From Podarcis pityusensis (Eukaryota): DNA of 64,000 bases. Location: NCBI GenBank assembly GCA_964106645.2, contig OZ067039.1; one strand, given 5' to 3'. Every line of letters begins with the position of its first letter. Position 1 is the first letter of the stretch. Below are positions 1 to 11,965 of this stretch, in pieces. The notes under the pieces are model-generated. The model ran no database searches. It was given only the letters and a program-made list of their open reading frames with translations, and had not been told where the DNA came from. A program made the translations under genes and the position numbers.

Positions 1-3000
1 TTTGTGGGTTTATGATAGATCAAAAGCTGCAATGGAAATGTGCCAGGAGTTGAAAAATCTGCACCTGATCTGCATAAAACACAGCAGATTGCAGATGCTC
101 TGGTTGTTAATACAGAGAATACAGCCTAGAGACTACCAGTCCCATCGAGCAATTATCCATCTTCATCAGAGAAGCCGCCTCAGTATGATCAAGAGAGAAT
201 CTAGGATTTTCAGGCATGTAGCCTCTGAATGCTCCAGCGTTGAAATCTGACATTAGAGACTCTTTAAAGGCTTTGTTGTAAAACATCGAGATAAACAGGC
301 CGTAATGTATATGCAACTCACAAAACCTTCATGCCTATGTTACATTGGGGTGCATTCTGAAAAAAACCTAATGCAACACTATTTTAGTTTGCTGTTTCAT
401 TTGCTTTGTATCTGCAGAAAGTTGTACCCTCCCACCACACACTTAGTTGCAAGCTTATATCCGCTTACTTGGGAGTAAGTGTCATTTAACTCAACACAGC
501 TTACCTCTGTGAGTAGACATACAGTGCTGGACATCACTGGTACATAAGATCAAAACAGTAATCTGTAGTTTTATCCCAGATATATTTGCTAAGGCTGATT
601 GGGATAGGAAGCTTCCATGGAATTAATTGCCAGACTTTATGTACATCGATGTGAGTACCACCACTCTTAAAATGCTACCTATTTCTGGGTCTAAATTATT
701 TATGCATTTGTTATATATTACATGAGCTGTTAAACCTGGGGCATTTTTGCCGCGTCAGGCCATTCTCAAGAAGCACATTACATACAATGAATCTCTTCCA
801 CTACATTAAAGAATGGGCAAATACAACTGCATGTGATACCATTCATTAATATTACATAATTACTACATCTGAAATAGTTCTTTGGGCACTGATGTCTTTA
901 AAAGAGAGGGGGGGAGGGAGGAAGGGAGAGAAAGAGACTGAAGGCTGCAAGGCAGTGAATTCTATTAAACGCTTGTTTAACATATGAGGGTATATAAATA
1001 CATAGTACCTTAATGCAATCATAGAAAAATAGCAAAGATGGCTTTATTAAATGATGCTATTAGCACATATAATGTGCTCTATGCAGAATTTAAATGGTTT
1101 ACTGAGCTTATAGAACAAGTCTTTGCTGTTGCAGTGCATGATCAGGGACACAACATAATGCAGGAATCCAGATCTGCAATTCCAGTTTGCCTAAGACAAA
1201 AGGCTGTGAGTGTTTAAGAGAGATCACTTATAGCGTTGCTGTGGTCTAAGGCGGCAATCCTACACACCCATTCATAAACACCCACAGACACGTCGCTAGG
1301 AGGTAGATCACCATGAACAAAATGGGATGGCCCCCACCGACCAGCAAGTAAAACATGCATAGGACTGCACTGGAAAATATGCAATTTGGAAACAAAAGAT
1401 TTTTCTTAAATTTGGTCTATTCTATATTAGCTACTGCTTGGTTGCCTGGAGATAACTCAATCAGAGATAGCTGAGGGAGGAGAAAGTGAATGATGCTGAG
1501 TCTTTTCTTCTGTCAGATGTCCTTTCTACCATTGTACACAAAGACTACTTGTCATACGTGGCATATTAGAGATGCCACTCAGAAATATGAATGATGAACA
1601 TAGTGGCCTCCCAGCCCAAGCTGCACTTGACCAACCCAAAAAATGGCTACTGAGTTCCAGCCACCAAATAATTACTACTTCAAGCATTGGAAACTTCAAA
1701 TATAGAAAACTGATTTGGTCTACAAAAGAAATGGATGCTTAGTTTATACAAACAGATGCCCTCGCTCCAATATGGCACTCCTTTATTTCTAGGCTAAGAA
1801 GATTGGATCCTTTCATATTTGTAGAATAGGAGTCTGTATTTTAAAACAAATAAAATGATAAAATCAGCAAAACAAAACACAGTTAAAGAAGCATATGTGG
1901 CCACTATCAGCAACTGAGAAGTCATGTGGTTGTTTTAGCTGCACTATGCTGACTGACAAGGCCAAGGGCTCGGCTTTCCTCAAGCCAGATGATACTCTGA
2001 CAGTTGTAATCCACAAAGGTAACTCAAGTCGCCTTCCCCCTGGCTTGAAAGGAAAGGTGCCTTTTGAGAGACCATCTTTATTCAAAGAGTCTCCATCTTG
2101 AAGGGAGATGATATTAGAAGTTTATGATGGAAGTGGTATGGCTGTTAACAGAACACTAGCAGTCATGGATATTGTAACAGAGATCTGAGAAAGGCCTAAG
2201 TAGCAAATATATCTGCAAGGTAGATTTTTGAGGACATACTTTATAATTTATTTTGTTTTCAACCTTCTGAAGCAACATAGTGATGGCTGTGTTTGCAAGG
2301 AAAAAACCCTTGTCTTGCATTGACACCAGGTGGCTCCTGGCAGTAACCATGTGTCCTAGCACCTGAGCCCAAGTCTAGTTTGTCAGGTCAGGGGGTTAAG
2401 GTGCTGGGCATTTTTCTGGGGAAATACATTGAATGGAGCGTGCTATGTGACTTCAGTAAGGAAGGTAGTTGGTGCAGCATAACATAGGATTCTTACAAAA
2501 CCTGCTGTTGTGCAACATTCCAAAGAGAACCAAAAAAAGGATTTTACTCTAAGAAAACCTGCCTGATGGCATGTTAGGCCCAGTCGTGAGGCAACTTCAC
2601 TGGGCATTTTTGCACTGCAAACAGGTAAGTGTAGACACAGTCCTGAAGTGTCTTCCTGTGAAGATATCCTGATATGTGGGAGGTTACCACAGCATGTGCA
2701 CACCGTGAACTATGCACATTTGTTAACGGCAAGGGATGGTTATAGCATTTCCTACGTAGAAGTGAATCCCATATAAGAATTTAGTTATATATTATATGAA
2801 CCTGAGAGTTCTAAGGCAGGATTCTGGCAGGAAAGAGGAACTCGGGTGGCTGAAACCAGTCCCAAACTTGACCCAGGAGCATAGGGAGCAGCCTTATACT
2901 AAGACAGAAAATTGCTCCATCTAACCTAGTATCACTATGTTAACAAGCCATGCGTCTTCATGGTCTTAGGTGGAGGTCTTTCATATTTCCTGCTACCTGG

Positions 3001-3886
3001 TCAGGTTTTGCAACAATCTCAACCATAGAGATTTCAGCAGAAATTGATAAATGGACCCTTATTGGCATTCTTCCCAACCCTGAAATGGAGAACAAGGTGG
3101 AAAACTGTAAAGATCTATCTCAACTCCAAAGTTCTCTCTAGCCCTTTCTCTCTGTTACTGCCTTGTGTCTGCACAAAACCTCATTGGACAGGTGTGGATA
3201 CATCCACTCCCATTCTCAATAACGCCTACATCTGTTTTCAAACAGAGACATGTGGAGCAATGCAGAATCAATCGGCAATGAGCTTTTATTTTCAGAATGA
3301 AACCACTTGGTCAAGAAGTGATTTTCAGGGGAGAAAGATACATCTAGAGAACATTGGATGAACACGGCTGCAACAGTGAACATGGAGCATGTGCACAATT
3401 CCCTACAAGAAACCGATAGCTATGTATGAAATTTGTCATGTATAAAAATGGCACTCAAAGTTTTGCTTGGAGGTTTGCATCAGAGGGGAGAAAATACAAA
3501 TACAGAAAAGATGTTAACACTGTTAAATGAATATTGAATTACTGAATATTCATAGTGGACACTGCATTTCCCCAGGTACATGATCCATCTTTTTCACTGC
3601 CGTGCTTTAAAAAACATGGAATGTCTGGTTTGAATAAACATTCCAGAATTGGCTCTAGCATTCCTGGCAAGAAAATGGTGTGTGTGTGCAAGGAATGCAT
3701 GAACATCTACATGCACACTTTATTTGTGTGATTTTTCTAACAGAATTTTTACAGAATATTTGTGGAATAGTTTGAGGGATTTTGTGATATGTACACAGGT
3801 GTTGGTGGGAACAGAGAATAAAAGAAGGGAAGTTGAAGTGGGCAGGAGCAGATAGGAATGACGAGAAGTGGAACAGGGTAGTACGT

Positions 3887-4321
3887 TGTCAGAGAACTGC
3901 CATCAGTGCCGGAGGGAGAGAGCAAAATCCAGAGGGATTCCAGAGAGCGTCCCGGGATTGGGAGAGGCAGCCCATCTTCTGGGGAAGAGAATCAGCGTAG
4001 CACCAGTGGAGAAGGGGGGCAGATGGGGGAAGCGGCGAGGCGGTCCCATGACTCCTTGCTGGGGACCAGCGGGGAGAGTAGGGGTCCTCCGCTGCCTACG
4101 CCCTCCTTGTGCAGAAGGCTTTTGCGCAGAGAGAGTAGGAGGAGACTAGGCGTCAAAGAGCTTCTTTGCTGGAAGAAGTTTAAGAAACGCCCACTGACGG
4201 ATTCTGCCAGCGATTGAGACAGCCACGGGTGAATGGCTGTCCGGACAGAAAAGGTTCACTCAGGCAACCCAGCCAGGTGTTTGCACCGGCTTACGCACAA
4301 GCAACCCCTAGAACCATTACA
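3887..4321. mobile_element. Solo LTR (435 bp)
   Basis: Begins TGTCA and ends TTACA. Flanked by the 5-bp direct repeat TACGT (3882-3886 and 4322-4326). GC/CpG-rich with sharp borders in AT-rich DNA. Confidence 0.75.
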
Positions 4322-6939
4322 TACGTCATGGGGGATAAAGATGCATCTGGCACAGTGTCAAGGTACAAAGGTTTGCTCCAGCTTTGCAAAGTCACTTTGC
4401 ATAATAGAACTCTGGTTTACTAATCTTCCTGGCATATTGCAATATGCATCTACACTTGCAAGCTCTTTGGGATGGGCTGAGAAAAGGCTTTAAGGATTAT
4501 TGGTTGTGGTTGTGGATTTTTTTCCCTTTTGCAGTTGTCATGCAAACAGCTTCTCCTCCTCGTCTTCCTCTCAGTAGTATTCAAGGGCTACTGATTTCTG
4601 CGCTAAGCACATGAACACATCAGCAACCGAATCTGAAAACAGAAAATCCAAATGCCCATGTTTTGTGTTACTAAATTTAGTCTAGTTACAATATCTGGGG
4701 ATTTGCACAGTACTGCTCTATATTCTTCCCCAAATGATGAGTGGTTTCAGGGGCAATGCTACAAGGTTTAGCTTCCATTGGAAGTTTCCACTGGAAACTT
4801 ATGGCACAGTTGTAATATCTGCCTTGTTTATCCAGTAGATGTACAAGCACAGTATAAGTGGAGGTGAGCAGGCTAAGATGGTGTAACAGAAGTTATGAAA
4901 TGAGCAAAGGAGTTGTGAACTTTCCATTTGGATTGGCATGTGAAGGAGGATGGAGAATTGTAGGAGATACAGGTGGCCTCGGGGAGACTAAACACACACT
5001 GAGATTCACACCTATCCAATATTGCACTTCCCTGCTGTCACTTGTGACTTATCTTCTGAAAATATGGTGAAAAAGAGACGTAAAAGCCAAATCAAAATAT
5101 GATTTACTACTTATGCGGTGGTATTTAGTAAGGGCACTTCCAGTTTGTCAATTATTTTCGGGTGGGATTTAATCACATACCAGCAAATTCAGGTTGTACT
5201 AATATAGCAGTGTGCAATAACGAAAGTGATGGGAAAATGCACTGGATGTGGATTACATCTGCTTTTACATCACTGTAAGCAAATCAGAATGAATGCTCAT
5301 CAAATAGCCAATGTCACCCAATCTTTCCACAAACAAATCAAGCTGAATGCTCAACAAACGGGTCATCTGGAAGCACCCTAACTGTACCAAGTCAGGTAAG
5401 AACCTTTGAAAATTGAACAGTAATAAATTGCATATTGTTGGTGAAGCAGGGGGGTGCAGGAGCAGGTCAAGGATTTTAGGGTAAGCAAGTGCTACTGCTA
5501 GTGCAAAATGGCTGCTTGTAAAACATGCTATAGATGTGGAATGCTATGAGTGATCGGTATGATTCCTTATATTTTGTTTTATCTGATGCTTTTAAAGAAC
5601 CTTTGGAGTTGCTTTTGCTGGACAACAGCGGGCGGGTCCTGCCATTGATGGCAACAATGTACAGCCTAAGCCAGCAAATGTTTTCTTGAAAGTCTCGATG
5701 AGGTCAATGGGATTTACTCTGAAGTAATTGTGTATAGGATAGCAGTGCAAGGATCCTTGTTGTAGGAAAAGCAAGAGTGTGCTGCAGTCTGGTTTTACCA
5801 TTTTTAGAAACCAGAACATATGAGAATTACTTTCTTACACAAAACTCCTACACAACATACTGCTTGGAACTTGACTTTCTGCTGCAACAAGAGGATGAAA
5901 ACTCCATTGTATATTTGTTAATTTTTGTGTGCAAGCCTTGCTCCTTTATGTAAGAACTGTTATTTAAATAAATCTGAATGTATTGCCACTTTTTGAATGT
6001 GGGAATTATTTCTGGGCGAAAAATAGCAGGTCACAAAATGCAGCAGGATGAATAAATTTGGTACCAGAATATTCGGTTTTTGAATCTCCAAAAATGGAAG
6101 ACTTTTTCAGAATTGCTTGAAGATCATGTGTTTAATTTTATCTTTTGCATATACACAACGTTTAAATTTGCAATTTATGGGGGGGGGGGGGGAATCCACT
6201 GCTCTACTTATTCAATGCAGCTTACATCCAAATAACAGCATAGGAAGCTGTAGGTCAGACTATTTGGCCCAGTATTGGCAAGTATTAGCTTTGTAGGTAT
6301 GATTGCAGGCAGAACTCTGGACCATCATCGGCTGTTTGGTCCTTTGGAGATAAGAGATTGAACTTGGAACCTACAGCATGCAAAACATAAACTATACCAC
6401 TTAAAGTCCCTGCTGCCCTTAGAACTGCAACCTTAAATGCTCCACTTGGTTTATGCAGTGCAAAGAGATCCCTGCTCTCAACGTTTTTATTTTTGTCATT
6501 ATAATCAGTGTGACAGCACTGACATAGCATAGCCAGGATTTATGGGGGGAGGGAGGATCAATGTTTTGGGGGCAGAACTGAACTATCTTAGATGTTTTTG
6601 GTCAGTTAGTTAAGCATTTTTATTTATTTACTTTATGGGGGGGGGTGCTGCCCACCTTGCCCACCCTTCACAACGCCCATGGGTGGCAGCTTCCTTGTGG
6701 CCTACTAAATGCTCATCATTGAAGACTCTTCTAATTTCTCTTAAGGCTAGGATTACTGTCCATGCAGTCAGAGGTAGCGTGTAAAGTCACATTTCTTTGC
6801 ACTCAACCTCCCTTGAGTGACAACGACATACTTCGTCCTTGTGATCGGGTCAGGGGGATCCATCCATGCACCTCACTCAACAGAAGCACTAGCTAGCGAT
6901 GCCTTAGTCAAATGTGTTTCTGCCCCCTTTACATTCCCC

Positions 6940-7790
6940 GGATGGCTTCCCTTGTTGAGCCACCCTCGCCCTCCTGCACCTTAGCTGTCTGCACTAGGAG
7001 GGGTCCCTACTCTCTTCTTCCGAGCAGATGGTGCCTTGGCTGAGATCGGCCCCTCACTCCCTGCCCCGAGGGCTGCCAGGAGCCGGCTCCTCCTCTCTCT
7101 GGGCTAGCAGGTGTGTCTCCCGGCAGCCCTCGGAGGGGCTTGCCACGGAGGCCATGCTCCCCCGCCACCCCCTCGGTCCCACTGGTCTCTTTCGCAAGAG
7201 CCAGTAGGTAAGGCACGAACTGCCCTTTCAAGGGTCTCTTCCCTCCCCCTCCCCCCTCCTTTCCACTTTCGTGCTGCCGTTCCTGCTTCCTCCTTTCTTT
7301 CGGGTCAGAAGGAGTGTTTCTCCCGCTAGCTCTCCTAACGACAAGGTGGCATTGCCCTCCAATGGAGCAGAGGCAAGGCTTGTACCCCCAAACAGACGGC
7401 CCTCGTCTCCTCTTCTTGCCCCCTTCAGGCTGCCTCCCCCCCTCCCCATCTTGCAACCCCAGCCTAGTGGCGGGCGCTCTCTCCCGGCTCCCTTTTGCGG
7501 ATCCCAGCCCCGCCGCCTTCCTGCTTGCATCCGGGGTTGCCGGCGCTGCAGATGCGCTCAGGGGCAGAAGCAGCCTGGGTTTTCTGCCAGATCCGGCGAG
7601 GAGGGCGCAGCCCGGCCCTGCGGTTGGCAAAAGCCACGTATAAGTTTGAAAGTCATGCCGCCCGTCGCCATGGCTAATCTTTGATCACCCTAACGCACCG
7701 ACAAAGGCGTGCTGGCATTTAAAGGAACCCTGGCCCTCGCAAGTTTCAAGCCGTCTGTTCAGGGACAGCACAGAGAGGCGTTAACCCTGG
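6940..7790. promoter_or_regulatory. Second, distal CpG-rich segment
   Basis: GC-rich with many CpGs, about 1.3-2 kb upstream of the main island. ORFs here are low-complexity GC artefacts. Confidence 0.6.
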
Positions 7791-8639
7791 ATAGGATTCA
7801 TAAGTAAATTGTTAAGCTGCCAACGGCGATTTCCGTCTTTGGTACGTATGTGTAAACATGTGCCTTTTCGTGTTGCGGAAATAGAGACATGCGGGGGGCA
7901 TGAGAGGTCGGTCCATAAGGTTATCACCAAGTGGGACCAAACACACCCACACAGCAAAGGAGGTGCCCTTTGGTTTTCTGTTGATGCAACATCCATAAGG
8001 ACGTAGTTGGGTCTGGCCTGTTCTGTGGGTTCACGGAGCGCTCGCTGGTGCTTAGCCAAATCCTTTCTGTCTCATTTGGTTTGCACCTTCTTGCAGTAAA
8101 AATTGGCACCTGGAAGAGATCGACAGTCTCTCCCCGCAACGAGTCTTTTCTTTTTCACCCTTTCTGCACTCTCCCCAAAGTCGCCGCAGGAGAGGAAGCT
8201 TAGTATTTCCAGCAAAATGGTTTTTATCGAGGTATTCTCAAGATCCTTGCAGTTTAAACTTCCTCATTGCCTCGAGCAGAGGCCGAAGGAGGAGAAACAT
8301 GAACTGTCATGGAAGGCGAAACGTACAACATGCTCCTGTGGGGTGACCTGAAATGAAAACTGTTCTTTAAAAAAGCATTTAAAAAAAGCATTTTCTACCT
8401 GTCTCACGACTTAAACTAGGGTCAACCTCTCTCTTAACTTCGATGCAGAGTTCTTCTTCGAATACGTGGTCGCCTATATATGTTTAAGCGACCTATTCGA
8501 ATGAAAACTCTGCATCTATATGTGCTGGTAAGTAAACCTGCACCTGTCTCTTTCTCTCTCACACACATACTTAATACATATATAAATATATATATATAAA
8601 TGCATATATGTGTGTGTGTGATGCAGCTTTAATTTCCAG

Positions 8640-9030
8640 CACATAAAACAAGCCAATCTTCAGTGAGCCCTTTAACCAATGATAAAACCTTAACATCTGC
8701 CATATTCAAAAATGGCTGTTTAAGCGAGGCCAACTATAATTTCACCTGTCACGGGAGTTTCCCCGACCTAAACCAACATGTCCGCCTTGGTTCGCTCTGA
8801 GGAAAAGAAAACTGCCCAAAGCAAAGATGGCCACCGCGCCGAACAATTTCTGCCCTCATCCAAAAGGGCTGCCGACTCCCGCAGTCCCTCTTTTGGCTTA
8901 GGGAGAGGCGGCCTAGCGGCTGAGGAGGAGAGGGAGGGGCGTGGCCGCTGCCAGAGAAGGGAGAGAGAGGGAGAGACGGGGGGGGGGGAAAGAGGCGTGG
9001 CTTCTCTGAACCGGAAGTGCCGCGCTGCCT
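8640..9030 (+). promoter_or_regulatory. CPEB4: Proximal TATA-less CPEB4 promoter
   Basis: CCAAT at 8653 and 8676; YY1-like AAAATGGC (~8709) and AAGATGGC (~8824); GC/KLF boxes GGGGCGTGGC (~8936) and GAGGCGTGGC (~8992); ETS/GABP CCGGAAGTG at 9011-9019, at the 5' edge of the CpG island. Motif calls are by eye only. Confidence 0.7.
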
Positions 9031-9630
9031 GTCTCCAGCTGGTTGTCATTTCGATCGGAGGCTCGGTCCTGTGGAGACGACGGCGGCGGCGGCGGCGGCT
9101 GAGGCGGCCGGGCCGGAGTGGCGAACCGGCGGATCGACAGAGTAGCCCAGCGCCTCGTGACTAAACAGGAGCCCCCCCCCGGTCCTCCCGCCCGAGAAAC
9201 AGTTGTGTTACATGAGGGGAAAAGAACGACGCCGGGAGGAGCCGAGGCGGAGGAGAAGCAGCCGCAGCCTCAGCAGCAGCCGCCGCAGCCCCGGAGCATC
9301 AGCAGCGGGAGGAAAGGCAGGACCCCTGGGAGCCGCCACCGCCACCGCCGCCTCCCTCGCCGCCTCCTCCTCCTCCTCCAACCTCCGGAGCCAGGCTTGA
9401 TATCGCCCCTCCCTGCTCTTTCGCCACCCAGCGATCCTCGTGACCCTCCCTCCCTTGAGAAACCGGCTCCCATGGGGGAGAGAGGAGCCCGGCCCCCCGC
9501 CAGCGCCATCCCCTCCCCGCCGGAGACTGCGCCCCTCCTGAGGTAAAAGTCCTTCTGCGGGGGTGGGGGTGAAATCCCTGCTCCGTTTCATTCTCCCCCC
9601 CCCCCTTCCGAGGGAGCAGGGGCGGCATCA
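8770..9630. promoter_or_regulatory. CpG island spanning the promoter and start of the 5' UTR
   Basis: Visibly GC-rich with dense CpG in an otherwise AT-rich, CpG-depleted window. Includes (CGG)6 at about 9081-9098. Confidence 0.85.
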
Positions 9631-10840
9631 GCCCTATATTTCCCTCCTCACCTTCCCCCACCTTCGAAAGAGGTTCGTCTCTCTTCTCTCCAACCCTCCC
9701 CACCCCACCCCCCGCTTTCTAAATATTCTCAGTCCAAGGATCTGAGCCCGATCTCTCCCCCCCCCCCTCGCTGTCGCACAATAAATTATTCTGCTGATGG
9801 CTTTAAAATGCCTAAACTCTGCTCGCCAGATATACTTATTTCAATCCCCCCCGTCCCCCCTCCAAACACTTGACTGCTGATTTTTCTGAGGTGAAAATTT
9901 TCCTCTGCAGGCAGCCAGGATTCATCTGAAGGACACACAAATATCGGATCATAATAGGAAGCGAGCTCGGAAAAGCAGCAACCAGGAACCCACCCAACCA
10001 GCGGCAGCAACAACAAGAATCCACCCTCCTCCTGCACAACTCAGTCCGTACACATACACACAACACGCAGTGAATGCAGATATCTAGAGATTAAAACAGG
10101 AACAAATCCTCGCACCCTCCCCTGCTTTATATGGAAAGGACTTGTCAGAAGGGCATCCGCATAGAGCATATTATACATATAGTCCTACAAGGCAAAGGCA
10201 GTAGCAGCACAGGTTGGGGGGGTGGGGAAAGCTCTCCTGTACAACTTGCTCCACCATTGAAATCTTGAGGTAAAAATTTCAGATTTTTAGCAGCAAAGAC
10301 TGTTAGAATAGAACACAGATATATATTAGATTATATAGAATTTATTAAATTATTCCAGATTTAAATATATTTTTGGAGCTGTGAAGGAGTGAGGAGCACC
10401 AGATGTCATGGTATTGTTTCCATTAACGTGTACATGGGCAGGTTGAAGCGGCTGTTAAGGCAAAAAAGTTTTTTAAAAATCTTTTTAAAAAAGAATTCCC
10501 AGGAGCTTTCTTTCATCCCCACTTCATTCTTGTGCATTTCCTTTTAGAAAAAAAGGAAACCTCTTATTTTGTTAACCAAAGATTTACTTTCTATTCCTTC
10601 TGGATATTTGAAGGAAGTGAACACAAGTCTATCCATGTTAATATTTTAAGTGATCTCATTAATAAGATTCCAGGAATAATATCCAAATCAGATATCTCAA
10701 GTGGGTAGGTGGGAAAGAAGGGGGAGGTGAAAGATCTGTAGTAATTTTCAATTATCTTGCTTTAGTAGAAGAACAAAAACATTTTAAAGTTTTGTTTTGT
10801 TTTTTCTTTCCAGGCGGAATTAAAATCCTAAATAAAATAA
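9020..10840 (+). other. CPEB4: Long 5' leader with 10 upstream ATGs/uORFs
   Basis: ATGs counted at 9212, 9472, 9797, 9808, 10074, 10131, 10403, 10408, 10434 and 10635; all close before the main ATG. uORF control of mammalian CPEB4 translation under ER stress is established. Confidence 0.65.
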
Positions 10841-11965
10841 ATGGGGGATTACGGGTTTGGCGTGTTAGTGCAAAACAACACCGGGAATAAGTCAGCTTTT
10901 CCAGTCAGATTTCATCCACATCTGCAGCCTCCGCACCACCATCAAAATGCAACCCCCAGCCCCGCTGCTTTTATAAATAACACAGCTGCCAATGGCAGTA
11001 GTGCTGGGTCAGCTTGGCTCTTTCCTGCTCCAGCTGCCCATAACATTCAGGATGAGATTCTGGGGTCCGAAAAATCTAAAACTCAGCAACAGGAAAAGCA
11101 AGACTCCCTAGAAAAACAGCAGCTTTCCCCTAGTCAAAGTCAGGAAGCAGGCATGCTGCCTGAATCAGAGAAATCTAAATCTGAAGAAAACCAGGGGGAT
11201 AATTCTTCCGAGAACGGCAATGGGAAGGAGAAAATAAGAATAGAATCGCCAGTGTTAACAGGATTTGATTATCAAGAGGCTACAGGGCTGGGTACTTCAA
11301 GCCAGCCCTTGACATCTACAGCATCTTCTCTGACTGGTTTCAGTAACTGGTCAGCAGCTATAGCTCCTTCTTCCTCAACAATAATCAATGAAGATGCGAG
11401 TTTCTTCCATCAGGGAGGGGTTCCTCCTGCTTCAGCTAATAATGGTGCTCTGCTGTTTCAGAATTTTCCACATCATGTCAGTCCTGGCTTTGGGGGTAGT
11501 TTTTCCCCTCAGATTGGACCCCTCTCTCAGCACCACCCTCATCACCCCCATTTTCAGCATCATCACAATCAGCATCAACAACAGAGAAGGTCTCCTGCAA
11601 GCCCTCATCCACCTCCATTTACGCATAGAAATGCTGCTTTTAATCAACTGCCTCATCTTGCTAATAATCTTAACAAACCACCTTCTCCATGGAGCAGCTA
11701 CCAAAGCCCATCACCTACACCGTCTTCTTCATGGAGTCCCGGTGGCGGTGGTGGATATGGTGGGTGGGGAGGGTCCCAAGGGCGAGACCACCGCAGGGGA
11801 CTGAATGGAGGAATCACACCCCTGAACTCCATCTCACCCCTGAAGAAGAATTTCCCAAGTAATCATATCCAGTTGCAGAAGTATGCACGGCCCAGCTCCG
11901 CTTTTGCTCCAAAATCTTGGATGGAAGACAGTTTGAACAGAGCTGACAATATCTTTCCTTTTCAG
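10841..11965 (+). CDS. CPEB4: CPEB4 coding exon 1 (1125 nt, 375 codons; intrinsically disordered N-terminal domain with His cluster)
   Basis: ORF MGDYGFGVLVQNNTGNKSAFPVRFHPHLQPPHHHQ...DNIFPFQ is recognisable as the CPEB4 N-terminus. Donor CAG|GTGAGA at 11965/11966, phase 0. Confidence 0.98.

Noticed and set aside
1-330. ORFs at the window start as an exon of a neighbouring gene
   Set aside because: No recognisable protein similarity and no convincing splice-site pair.
7007-9745. Many 60-207 aa ORFs on both strands in the CpG islands
   Set aside because: Low-complexity Arg/Gly/Pro/Ala translations expected from stop-poor GC-rich DNA; no recognisable domain. Plus-strand ATG-initiated ones are treated only as uORFs.
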